Origin: Botryllus schlosseri
Lineage: Eukaryota
DNA length: 64,000 bases
Assembly: GCA_051294905.1 (NCBI GenBank)
Contig: CM119374.1
Span: forward strand, 28,086,001-28,150,000
Reading direction: 5' to 3'
The stretch's first letter is position 1, and each line of letters opens with the position of its first letter. Under the pieces are notes generated by a model. That model worked only from the letters and a program-made list of their open reading frames with translations. It did no database searches and was not told where the DNA came from. This document shows positions 25,211 to 36,857 of the stretch, piece by piece. The translations under genes and the position numbers were made by a program.

Positions 25211-28200
25211 TAGGGTATTCTTTTTCGCCTGCACCATCGAGATGCTTTGACGACAGAGATGCGATACGGCCCTTATAGTAAGGTCATCTAGTCTGCACCC
25301 CCGGTTTTTTCTCATCCATGCTATCCGTGATTGCTGAGCGCCTAGCAGGATAGCCGCGGATACCATTTTTCGAGTCTTTGGTCTGACCCGGCCGGGGATC
25401 GAACCCACGACCTACCGACCGAGAAGCCGGACGCACAACCATTACACTATCTCGCTCGATAGGCCAGCGATCCTCAAACTTTTTTAGACACGCCCCCTCG
25501 GAGATAGTGGATAAATTCGTGCCCCCCTAATCACCATATCAGAAAACTATTAAAAAGAGACACAAGAATGTTTCCAACCCCAACGCATATACTTTGATGG
25601 CATTTAAGGTTATGACTAGGGCAAGTTATTGCAACTTTTGCAACTTTTTTTACAGCTTCCGGCAGCTTCCTAAATACTCGGGAGATATGTAGAATGCTGT
25701 TTTAAGCTGTTTGAGTAAATCTAATAGTGCAACTTTTTGCAACTTTTGTACATTTTTTTTCATGCAACTTTTTGCAACTTTTTCGATTTTTCATGACAGT
25801 TTTTTCGATATATCATGCAACTCACTTTTTACTGGAAATATTTGGCAGTCTATGTCACTGTTTTTTGAGAATTTTGGTGAAAAACATGGCTAAATTCGAC
25901 TGAAATACCGTAAATTAGCACTGAAGTAACGCTCTTACGCCCTTACGGGTCATTTCGGGAGCTGAGCCGGATAGTTGACCTCTTTTTAGTCAACCAATGG
26001 AGAATGTGGATGGAAACTGCATCTCGGGAGTGGAAATGGGAAGTTGACCTTTTTTTAGTCAACCGAGCAAAAGGAAATCTTTTAGTGCAACTTTTGTGAA
26101 CAAATAAATGCAACTTTTTACTGCAACTTTTGTCAAAAATAAATGCAACTTTCCATGTATTTAACTGCAACAAAAACTTGCCCTAGTTATTACTGATGAG
26201 AGACCTCTCAAGCGAACTATACACAGAGTATTAGCTATCAGTTGAAGGTAAATCGCGCGGAGCGAAATATTTTTTTTTAGTTGAATAATTTGTCAAAAAT
26301 CATGTGCTGTGATATAGCACGTAGTATATACATATTTTAACGATTTTGGTGTCTAATACCTTCTGTTTCCTGAGTTGGGCTTGGCTCAAGCGTACTGGCC
26401 ATAAGCTAAATGAAAAACCGATGGTCCGGTCCCGTTCTAAGCCACTTCGACCTAAATCCTCATTTATAAGATTGAAAAGGCATGTTACACGTGTACACCC
26501 TTTCATTTCCCCATAATGTTGTAACTTACTATGCGCTCTGCACAGATCCTTGACAGACAGACAGACCGTAAAAGCCTAACTAACACCTAAACGCATTCAT
26601 TTGTTTGTCCTATTTCAGATACATATTCTGATTTGTGCAAGGTCCGGAATCAGTCGCAACCCAGCGTCGGTGAATGGATGGCGCGACGTAGCTCTGACAT
26701 TCAAAATCGTATTATAATTCGGATTATTGCCGTTGTTTAAACTTAGAAGTTTCACCACATATTAAACTCATTCCGACTTCACGAAACTTAATTTCTCTCA
26801 GGCGGCTTCGCGCCCCCATTCAGATGCATTTACGCCTCCTAGTTTGAGAACTAAGTGTAATTGGAAAAATGCACTATTTTTATTTACAGTGTGATTAGCA
26901 TAGTTTACCGCTATAAATTCACAATTGAAATCTCTTGTTGCCAGGGTTTAGACACGTTCAAACCCTGCATCGACGGCCGCGTGATGGTGGACCATCCTCG
27001 GAATATTCTGAAAGCTGGAAAAGTGCATAGGGTCCCGTTCATGAGCGGAGTGTGCGACTGCGAAGGCGGCGGGCTGCTCTGCTTGTCCGAGCCTGAAAAC
27101 TTCTTCACGGGCTGCAGCGTGGAAGCTATTTTGAAGATATTTGAAAAAGTCGTCAGCATTCATTTTCCGGTAAAGTTGTAAATTTTCTAGTTGTTCAGTC
27201 GACCACCGCCAGAACGTATTCCGCGTTAGATTGCGATCGGCTATATAATATCTGGAAGTGTTTTGGTGGGGTCTGGACGATATATTTTCACATTTTTCAG
27301 GAGGCAGACAAATCGAAAGCGGCCAAAATGCTCGTGGCTGCCTACTCCCCCATTGCGGACGACAGCGATAAAATGAAGTATTCAAAGATATATAGTCAGG
27401 TTTTAGCGGACACCATCTTCATCGTTCCGGCCGTAATGTCGATAACGGCATTGTCAAGTGAGTGTGAAGTTATATCGGTTAGTGCTTTTTTCTATAAATG
27501 CAAATTTTCACTCTTTCGAGATCAAACTCGAATTAGGTAGCATAAGATTATACTGGTAGTCAACGTGCACCATAACCATAAACCATAGTTTGCACAATGC
27601 ACATACTTTAAATATATTCGTTGACCAAGTCAAGGCTCATAAACTTTTCGTAGTTGTGGTGGAATGCGCAAGCTTCATCTTTACATCGCCTAGCTAGGCC
27701 CAGCTGGGTGTCTGATGTCACACACTGCTCCAAGGCGTTTCGACACTTCCTATCTTTCATTGCGTCGCAGTCTTGTGGTGTATTGATCTGATAAAATTAT
27801 TAATAGACTGATACTGCAACACTTAGTTGCAGACTCGAAATGGTAACAGTATTTCCTTACCGATCGCCTCTGCTTTCAAATCATTACGATGTTTGTGTCC
27901 TAAGTGTGCAGGTGCACTTGAATATTTTAAGCATACGATATTACCGCCTACTCACTGCATTGCGAGTCATGGGAAAATGACTGGCTCGTAAGTGATACGT
28001 AACATAAGGTTGAACCGAGTATTGATAAAGCCAAGGGCCGCAAGGTGGAGACTAAACTGCATTTTGCAACTGCATCCAATTCTCCATTAGTTGCTGACGA
28101 TTACCCCTGACGAGTGTCAGCCGAACACATTTGGTTTCATTTCAGCATCAATATACTAACCCTAACTAACTGTATATTGAAAGTCTGTACCTATAACAAG

Positions 28201-31200
28201 CTCTTGATCAATGATAATAATCCCCATGTACATTATGCACTTGTGGAAAATAGGTGTATTTACGGAATTTCCACCGAAGCTTATAGGTTTTAGGGTTACC
28301 ATATCTTGGAATACGGGAAGGAGGAGACTTTTTACAAATCATAAAAAGTATGATTGCCGGACTAGAAAACTGCTGAATTCTCAAATCTGCTGGAAACCGT
28401 TGTGATGACTAAAAAAGGTCATCATTCCGGCACGACTCCCGAATTACCCACATTTTCTCGATACTGGTATGGTAGGGGGTAGGGTTACCATATATTGGAA
28501 TCGGAAAGGAGGGCCCTTTGACCATATCATAGAAGTTACTTGATCAAAACTGAAATCAGTCGATTTCGCGCTAAAAAATGGTCATCACTTTCGTTCGGCT
28601 CCCGATTTACACACTTTTTACTTGAAATTAGTGGTGTTGACTAAAAAAAAGGTCGTCACTTCCGATCGAACCGCGAATTTCCTATTTGGCTTCATATATG
28701 CCCATTTTCGCTCGAATCTATTCATTATCTTAGCTGTAGAAGCTGTAAAGGAGGACGAATTGCTAAAAATGAGGACATTTAGGCGTCCTCAGAGGACATT
28801 TTCTATTTCCTGAAAAAGGAGATCAAATTCTCCCAAAGGAGGGCATATGCTAAACCTATTATAGGTGCTGTAAACGAAAGGCATGTATTTTGCCGATTTT
28901 AACCCTAGCGCAGGTTGTAAATCAGGCCGTAGGCACTTTCTGTAACCAAATTCTGTTTTTACACCCGTTCCAAAGGGAGTCAAAAACAATCCATATGGAG
29001 ATCTCCATGGCAATTGGTATATAGTCGACTCCGCTTAATTCAGACACCGGATAACCCGGGCAACCGTTTTATTCGGCCAAAATGCTCGGAAACGGAACAG
29101 AAGTAAAATTGCATGCAAAAAACTCCGATTTATTCGGACAATTCGACGCATGATTCGGCACTTCGTTTGTTTCGACACAAATTGAGTGATTATGACAAAA
29201 CAAAGTCGGTCCATCCATAAAAAATCGACATTGAATTCATAAGACCGTGTCAGCATTATAGTCGCTTTTACTACTTTACAGTTGAGTCCGTCTTGTAGAA
29301 CAGAATGGTACAGAAAGGTTTTCTGCAGTAGCTAAAAGCTTTTTTGTTTTTAATTTTCTACTGTTTTGTGGAGTACTTTCATCAGGTGAAAATAGTCTTT
29401 CAGCCATAAAGAATTACTGTACTATCATAGCCCTATATGTGTGTTTTACACAGTAATATTGTGATTGTGAATGGTATGGAATTCGGCCCACCGATTCATT
29501 ATAAAATGTCCTATTCGGTTGCTCAAAGACTTCAATTCTAATGCCAGGTATGCAGATACCCACTTATTTCTACGTGTTGGCGAAGCGCCTCCAGTACAAC
29601 CACTCGACCACCAACGGCCCGGGCATCAAAAACAAGGCAGACTACGTCAATTGCGATCACGGCGACACCTGTCATTACGTTTGGGGTGTGCCGTTCGTGA
29701 AAGCGGATTTGCCGGGAGGCGCCTGGTTCACGAAGGAAGAAACGGAATGTAGCCGCGTTGTCATGAAGTATTTAACCAACTTCGCAAAATCGGGGTGAGC
29801 TTATGTGGTGTGCTTTTTTCAGAGTTGGTCAAAGTACTTGGCGTTGATGCTTAAAGGGGCACTGCACTCTAAATATGATGTGGTATCCAATTAATCGGGA
29901 AAAATATTTTTGCTGCAGCCGTTTTCTTCAGAAATCCACCGTAAAGGAACTGCAGCTAAACGAAAATTCCAAATATCCCCATTCCAGACCAGTTGAATAC
30001 ACGCATTTCTATGTGGCGCGGTTGCGAGTCTTCGCTGCTTTACCAGTTGCGAAAGTGCTGACGTGATATATTCAGTTGCACTTGCACGATCCAGTATCTC
30101 GACGCGACTCTCATATTCTATAGTCCAGGGGTTCTCAACTTCTCTTGTATAATGGGCCGCATTTTAGCAGCAAAAGATGCTGCGGGCCGCAGAAAATTAT
30201 TACCATGTATTTGTGGCCTACTATTAAATTTAGGCTACTGTAGTCTATTTTGCAGTCGTAGGGGCATTTAGTACATTTTTATGCATTTAAAGCAATATTG
30301 GACAGCGTTCGAAAGTTTGCAGTTGCTGTTTTTTAATATAAATCTTCCAGCAGCGCAAGTAAATCCCTTCATGGGGCGTTCATTGCATTCGTTGCCATGC
30401 ACCGTCAAACCCTTTCACCAAATAACCAAACTCCCCACGTTTTCCCTGACAGTATTTACTTTGAAAATATGTCTGCTCTGTAAAGGTGTACAATATGTCG
30501 CGGGGTTCTCTCGAACCGGAGTCCACCCGAATTCCGATTCAAAACAATAACAATCTAACAGGGCTGTAATGACTCGAGTCACGATTTTCTGATGACTCGA
30601 CTTGAGTCAAATCATTTTCTCAAAATACGGAAATGACACGATTTGCACTCGATTCATTGCACATGACTCAAACCAAGCCATATGATTCGAGTCTCAGACG
30701 ACCAAGACCGACATTTCATTGCAATTTTGAAGAATAGTAAAGTTACCACTCTTTTGGGATTTTGTCTATGGTACTAACACTTGAAAAGGCGACCAGAAAC
30801 TGCTAAAAGTGAGGAGAATTGGTATATTATAAATGCGAACCATACGATATCACCAAACAAAGTTATAAAAAGAGGGGTCAACAAGACTTCAACTGGAAAC
30901 GGAGCCTTCAGCACAATGACTTGGACTCGGAGTCGAGTCATAATACCATATGACTCGGACATGAATCGGTGGTAAATTGAAAATCACTCGACTTGACTCG
31001 AGTCAATACTAAAAAAGTGGGATTGACTTGACTCGGAGCCTTGTGACTGGGTTACAACCCTGCAATCTAAAATCGACCATATATCAAGAAACCAGAACAC
31101 ATCAAAGAATGAGTAATCAAACGACACAGAGGCCTCGCGACAAGAGAGCAAATAAGTAGCTAAATTAATATGTAACAACACAGGTGTCAGTAGTAATTGC

Positions 31201-33462
31201 TTTCACAGTGAAAGATGTCGCGGGTTGAGAGCCCCTGTTCTAGTCATATCATTTCTTTGTACGTAGACATGACCAATGTTCCCACTACGCTGCGCGAGCG
31301 CCGCCGCGCACTGCTGACATAGGCTGCCTGCAAAGAAAAATTAGTGCCGCGCACAAAATAAATTATCACTGTATCTTTCGCAGAAGGCACTGATCTGATC
31401 AGTTCAAACTGACGACCATTTCCGATATATAAATGTAGAGAATGTAGTAAAATGCGATGAAAAACTCGACTCACATTGTCCTCTGTTTTGGACCTCAAAA
31501 TGTTACGCACTGTTGTCCAAGGGACCGAGCATTGAGTTGGTGAGTGCACGCAGACTCGTGAAAAATTAGAGGGGCCATTGGACATTAGGGTGGAGTGAAA
31601 ATGACTTTTTTTTTCAAATCAAAAAAAGGGCTTCCTCAATCCTGACAAATGACCTAAAACTTCAATAAAAGTGACTTCAGGGTATTACCCCCATTTTCCA
31701 GCCGGCAACCCCCCAATTTCTGCGCATGGGGGGGTAAAATGGCCCATCTCGGCAACCGCTGGTCGTAGAGTCATGATATATAGCTCAAAATCTGCGGAAG
31801 CATCATGTTTCTATTTGTCTTAAGAAGAAAGTTTTCTCTATTGTGAACACAAAATGAGTTATAGCCAAAAAACAATATATACGCACATTTTTGTTGAAAT
31901 TCAGCATTTATTCTGACGAATTGTGATCTGTCATCGGTTTTTTTTTAATCTAAAAGTAACACACTGACAATACCGAATATTGGGCCCATAATACAAATAT
32001 ATTCACAACACAGTCCTTATAAAATCGGCTCAAAGCATCATAATGAAACACTCACATTTAACGACTTATTCAAAATGCATTTTTGCGTCAAATTTTTTCA
32101 TCAGTTTACGAGACTTATTTTTTGGGCAATCGAGAGGCCATCTCGTCTTTTAAATCCCGAAACTTGTGCTGATGCTTCTGTTACGAGCTTTACATGTCGT
32201 TCCACTGTTTGATTGTGGCATGGATGAAACAAAATCAGAGGCTTCTCGCGGCATTCTTCCAACAAAATTCACTTATGGACATTGAGAGTCATAGCAGTTC
32301 CAACCAATTGAACTGCGGTCCTATTCGTTTATTCTGTGTCCCAAAGTTGAATTTGGAAGCAAAGGCATACCACGAGTTGGTTGATATTGAACCTTATCAA
32401 CAACTTCCTCCAGCGATTGAGCACTTGACTGATGCAGAGTTGGAAGAATGCCGCGAGAAGCCTCTGATTTTGTTTCATCCATGCCACAATCAAACAGTGG
32501 AACAGTGGAACAGTGTAAAGCTCGTAACAGAAGCATCAGCACAAGTTTCGGGATTTCAAAGACGAGATGGCCTCATTCGCCAAAAAATTAAGTCTCGTAA
32601 ACTGATGAAAAAACTTGACACAAGAATGCATTTTCAATAAGTCGTTAAATGTGAGTGTTTCATTATGATGTTTTGAACCGATTTTAAAAGGACTGTGTTG
32701 TGAATATATTTGTATTATGGGCCCAATATTCGGTATTGTCAGTGTGTTACTTTTAGATTAAAAAAAAACTGATGACAGATCACAATTCGTCAGAACAAAT
32801 GCTGAATTTCAACAAAAATGTGCGTATATATTGTTTTTTGGCTATAACTCATTTTGTGTTCACAATAGAGAAAACTTTCTTCTTAAGACAGATAGAATCA
32901 TGATGCTTCCGCAGATTTTGAGCTATATATCATGACTCTACGACCAGCGGTTGCCGAGATGGGCCATTTTACCCCCCCACGCGCAGAAATTGGGGGGTTG
33001 CCGGCTAGAAAATGGGGGCAATACCCTGAAGTCACTTTTTATTGAAGTTTTAGGTCATTTGTCAGGATTGAGGAAGCCCTTTTTTCGATTTGAAAAAAAA
33101 GTCATTTTCACTCCACCCTATTGGACATGACCATTGACCAAGAGATGTAGTAAGACAGGCGCCATCTAGCGTATACAAATATGGCTCTTAATAATTAATA
33201 ATTGAACCTCGTTACTTCAATAGCAAGACGGACTGCTGTGAACATTTCTTAGTAGACGCATAGCCAACCGATTCACTATTGTTACAGAGATCCCAATAAA
33301 GGAGTCGACATTCCAACACCGTGGCCTCACTACGAACCGCAAACGAGGAAGAATATAGTTCTGGATGAAACAGTCACCGTAGCGGAAAACTACGGAATGC
33401 AAGGAGTCAAACTACACACGGTAGACATCCCGCAAATGATGAAGACATTATCAAATAGCTAG
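21580..33462 (+). CDS. Type-B carboxylesterase (carboxyl/cholinesterase family), 9 exons, 558 aa, no signal peptide
   Basis: Exons 21580-21752, 22102-22297, 22639-22835, 23308-23471, 24698-24840, 26945-27169, 27301-27457, 29548-29794, 33288-33462, all GT-AG, total 1677 nt. Motifs: [63 protein letters not shown] (catalytic Ser), GVCDCEG (Glu), CDHGD (His), NFAKSGDPN...WPHY. Confidence 0.93.
24078..24661 (+). mobile_element. hAT MITE, CAGGGTTGTAA termini, GACTCGAGTC-rich
   Basis: TIR CAGGGTTGTAA/TTACAACCCTG; perfect TSD CCATCTGA. Family fragments also at about 2310-2460, 5480-5770, 19900-21240, 34265-34770, 44120-44540, 47430-47520 and 62960-63060. Confidence 0.88.
25180..25456 (-). mobile_element. 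tRNA-derived SINE with (CT)n tail
   Basis: Minus strand: A-box TAGTGTAATGG, B-box GGTTCGATCCC, then CCAAAGACTCGAAAAATGGTA...CCTGCTAGGCGCTCAGC, ending in a (TC)n run (GA repeat at about 25180-25205 on the plus strand). Confidence 0.75.
25617..26185. mobile_element. hAT MITE, TAGGGCAAGTT termini
   Basis: TAGGGCAAGTT...AACTTGCCCTA; TSD GTTATGAC/GTTATTAC; many TGCAACTTT sub-repeats. Confidence 0.82.
28291..28858. mobile_element. TAGGGTTACCAT-family MITE with a duplicated left end
   Basis: Two TAGGGTTACCATAT starts (28291 and 28480) and one decayed right end (ATGCTAAACCTA); TTATAGGT lies near both outer boundaries (28281-28288, 28859-28866). Confidence 0.6.
30126..31237. mobile_element. CAGGGGTTCTCAAC (Buster/Charlie-like) MITE containing a nested GACTC MITE
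   Basis: CAGGGGTTCTCAAC...GTTGAGAGCCCCTG; TSD CTATAGTC/TTCTAGTC (6 of 8 match, central TA). Confidence 0.68.
30559..31062 (-). mobile_element. GACTCGAGTC-rich hAT MITE, opposite orientation to 24078-24661
   Basis: CAGGGCTGTAA...TTACAACCCTG; perfect TSD CAATCTAA. Confidence 0.88.
31274..31580. mobile_element. CAATGTTCCC-family MITE
   Basis: CAATGTTCCCACTA...TTAGAGGGGCCATTG; TSD GACATGAC (31266-31273, with the right copy displaced to 33124-33131 by a later insertion). Related copy at 37636-37819. Confidence 0.75.
31586..33120. mobile_element. Palindromic (foldback) hAT-derived element made of two transposase 3' ends
   Basis: TAGGGTGG...CCACCCTA termini; perfect TSD TTGGACAT; inverted arms 31586-32263 and 32439-33120 (about 680 bp each) around a 175-bp spacer. 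Confidence 0.92.
32280..32640 (+). pseudogene. C-terminal fragment of a DNA transposase (hATm-like family)
   Basis: [21 protein letters not shown]...PCHNQTVE(RH)[31 protein letters not shown] resembles the [18 protein letters not shown]...RDGxIR tail of a widespread invertebrate transposase family. The first part of the listed ORF (32194-32263) is only the inverted arm read on the antisense strand. Confidence 0.75.
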
Positions 33463-35520
33463 CAGAAATAGAAAGACCGACAGATCTGTAGCCTAACTTA
33501 AGATATCGCAATAATTTTGATTGAATATCGTGAATAATGGTTGCTATTGGATACTATATTCATATTGAAATAAACCCACATATTATGTCACTAATGGATA
33601 ATACTGTACCGCATATTATCTATAATGTTCTCTTCCGTTGATATACAATGTCCTTTCCAGTTCTCTACTTGTTGCTGAAGATTACCCCTGAATAGTGTCA
33701 GCCGAATAGATTTGGGTTTATTTCAATATGGATATGTCATTCAATTGTATATTGAAGTTCTGCAACTCCAAGAAGCTCTTCAAATAATGGTTACTGTCAT
33801 GGAACAGGTACATGGTCATCGCCAGTGTTTACTGTAAACTGCGGCCACCCGGCCGCATATCGACAAGTACCGATAACACCCATTCCCATTATATCGATAC
33901 TATTTATTAATCATACACTTTGTAATATTTGATATGAAATCCATACGAATTACTTGTTGTTGATGTAATTGAAATGAAAATTGCCACTATGGGTTGGAGT
34001 CTTGTTCTATGCAACTACGTATTATTTATGTACTCTTGTCACTACATGAACTGCGACATTACGGAGGAGTAATATCGCTAGTTGTTCCGTACAGAATCCG
34101 AGTGTGATGTCACACAATCATGATCACAGTACAGCGAACGCGTTATTTGGATTCTGATCTGAGATCAACTCTAACTTGTGCAAAGTACTACGATTCATAT
34201 CGCCACCCGTATACAATTAAAAAATTTTACCATCGACGTATATGAATGAAGGTGTTCAAAATCAGCGTCGCAACCTAGTCGCAAGGTGCCGAGTCACAAG
34301 TCGATTATACTTTTATAGTTTGAACTATTGCCCAGTCGAGTCATTTTCAATTCAGCACTTGGTCAAGTCCGAATCCAAGTCTGGATTCAAAGGTTCGAGT
34401 CCGAGTTACAATGTTGAGACTCGAGTCATTGTGTTCAATGTTCATTTTCGAGTGCAATCCTGTTCCAACTCCCTTTTAAGACTCTGTTTGGGTGATATTG
34501 AATGCCCCGCATTCATAATTTTCCGCACATTACACAGCTCCTGGCCGTATTTTACAAACACCGCTACCGACAAATGAAATACCAATAATGTGAGAACTTA
34601 GTATTCTTAGAAGTGACAACGAAATGCCTGTCTTGACCATCCGAGTCTCGAGTCATATGGCTTGGTCGAGGCATGAACAATGACTCGAGTACCAGTCGAG
34701 TCAATAGGCTTACACAAATCGCCTCAAATCGAGTCGAGTCATTTTCCACCAAAACAAATCATTACAATCCTGCTCTAACTAGTGTGACTCAATGGAAAAG
34801 ATAATAAATCTCGCGCGGAGCAAAGGCATCGCACGTTACGTGTTTAGAAGTTTCCAACAGGCAAGAACGGATTAAGGGAAAGATATATAGTAAAGATGTA
34901 TTTGACAGACATCAAGTAACGGCGAGGAAATGAAAAAGAAAACAACCCATTCGGAAGTTTTTAGCAGAGAAAGCGCAAACGTTCTCGGATTACCAGTAAA
35001 TCCTCTTAACGATCGCTAATTTCTACAAGCCAGGTGCCCGACTGACTTTGAATCAACACCCCTTCCCAGATCCGGATCAGTTCAATCCAGTCAACAATCC
35101 GAGACATCGAAAACGTCCACGTTTCAACTAGCGGTACGTGTCAAGCTTCCCGCACACTTCATTTAGCCTTGGTGGCAACAAGATCGTGATGGGTGTTACG
35201 TTGATATCGTTCGGAACACGTTAATATCGTTGAAAATTGTACCGTTAGGTCAAAAAGTTGTCAAAATTGTTTACAAAGTCAAAATATTTTTGCAACCTGC
35301 ATTTCGTTTGTATCGTAGATGTTTGCACTGTCGGTGATCATTTGACATTGGACGGACATTTTGTAGCCTACTCTATCGCGGTCTGCCGTTGTAGACGGCC
35401 CATTGTCTGCTCATTGTGAATCATAAACATTCAAATGAAACAGGTTGACATGGTGTTATGCTCAACGTACCACAATATACTAACTCCTAAGGTCCTAACT
35501 GAAGCAAGATCGCGTGGGCA

Positions 35521-35757
35521 TTGGTTCTTATATCTTATCAAGAAGCGCATGATGAAAATTGCTATATAGACAACATTGTCAGAATGAAGCAATACAGTGT
35601 GTCACCAGCAGTGTACGGACAACTTCAGTCTTGCCAGCCAACGACTGCTGCTGTTAAACGTTCTTTCTCCATTCTTGGCAAGCTACTTAATACGGACAGG
35701 CACTTTCTACCCGATAATGTTGGAGAGTATCTTTCGTTGTACTACAACAAATTTTAA
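35521..35757 (+). pseudogene. hAT transposase C-terminal (dimerisation-region) remnant
   Basis: CQPTTAAVKRSFSILGKLLNTDRHFLPDNV matches the hAT P(T/S)SxxxERxFS motif (E changed to K); no upstream ORF seen. Confidence 0.6.
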
Positions 35758-36857
35758 TTATTACTCCCATAATGCGTGATGTAAGTACTGGAATTCTTCA
35801 TCGGTACAGATTGCGTTAAATTAAGTTTTTTTCATGTAAAAATTTGTCAGTTTTTTAGTCAACAAAGTTTTTTCAGGTCAAACTACTTCGTAAGGACAGA
35901 GCTCCAACGAGAAATGAAGACTGGTTGTACAATTTTAACATTATGTGCGACAACACGTAATTTACGTAGATGAGGGCAAAACTTTGTCAAACTTAAGTTT
36001 TTCAAGTCAAAAATCGCCTAGTTTATATGTTATAACAACTAGATATACAACGTTCTTTCCAATTCTCTACTAGTTGCCGGCGAATAACCCTGACGAGTGT
36101 CAGTCGAAAATATTCGGGTTCATTTCAATATGAATATACTATACAATTGTATATTGAAGTTCTGTATCCAACAACATGCTTTATGAATAAAGCATTTGAC
36201 GACCAGCGATATATCGGCAGAAAGATGACCAAATGTCGCGCAGAAACACATTTGCAGTAGCCGTATATGGTTTTCTTTATCGCGCGAAAGAATAAATTTC
36301 AGTTCATCCAAGGCCAAACGCCGAGCTCATCAATCTAATCAACGTGGATACGCTCTTACGAGCGCGCGTAACATTATCAGTCGGGCACATGACCTTCCAC
36401 TTACAAGAGCCCGTGTCTTGTCTAAAATCGGGGAAACCGAAACGGCCGAAGTCACACGCTTCTCGCCTAAGACGTGATGTGTCTGAGTCGACACGCCCCT
36501 TGGAGATGGGTCGTCGCTAAAGGGGCCTTCAAACAGCGAAAGGTCATGTCTGCATCCGAATGGCCTTCAATTGTGATGTCTTGAATCGATTGAGTCACTT
36601 TTAGTAGATCGGAAATTGTCGTGATAGTCTGGACTAGGTAATGAAGTGTCGTTCTGGATTGTTTTAGGAATGCCTGTCGGAAAGTCGCTGTCGCAAGTTT
36701 TCAACGTTGACACTCGACAGATTGTGACGATACCTGCATCTACCAGACTTTTGGGGGAAAATAGGTACCTGCTTGACCATGAATCTGCTGTTCGAAACTA
36801 CATGCTGGAGCTCTTCTCGGATATCCAATTTTACTGACACATGAAGTAGTTTTAGCG

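Noticed and set aside
25010-25408. 132-aa minus-strand ORF
   Set aside because: Runs through the tRNA-SINE and its (CT)n tail (SLSLSL).
25385-25456. Possible tRNA gene on the minus strand
   Set aside because: Has A and B boxes but no acceptor-stem closure or poly-T terminator, and continues into a SINE body.
26948-27385. 145-aa minus-strand ORF
   Set aside because: Antisense to esterase exons 6-7; no independent motif.
33781-33900. CHGTGTWSSP..C resembling a sushi/CCP fragment
   Set aside because: Very short, begins inside a family A repeat and lacks the other conserved Cys/Trp positions.
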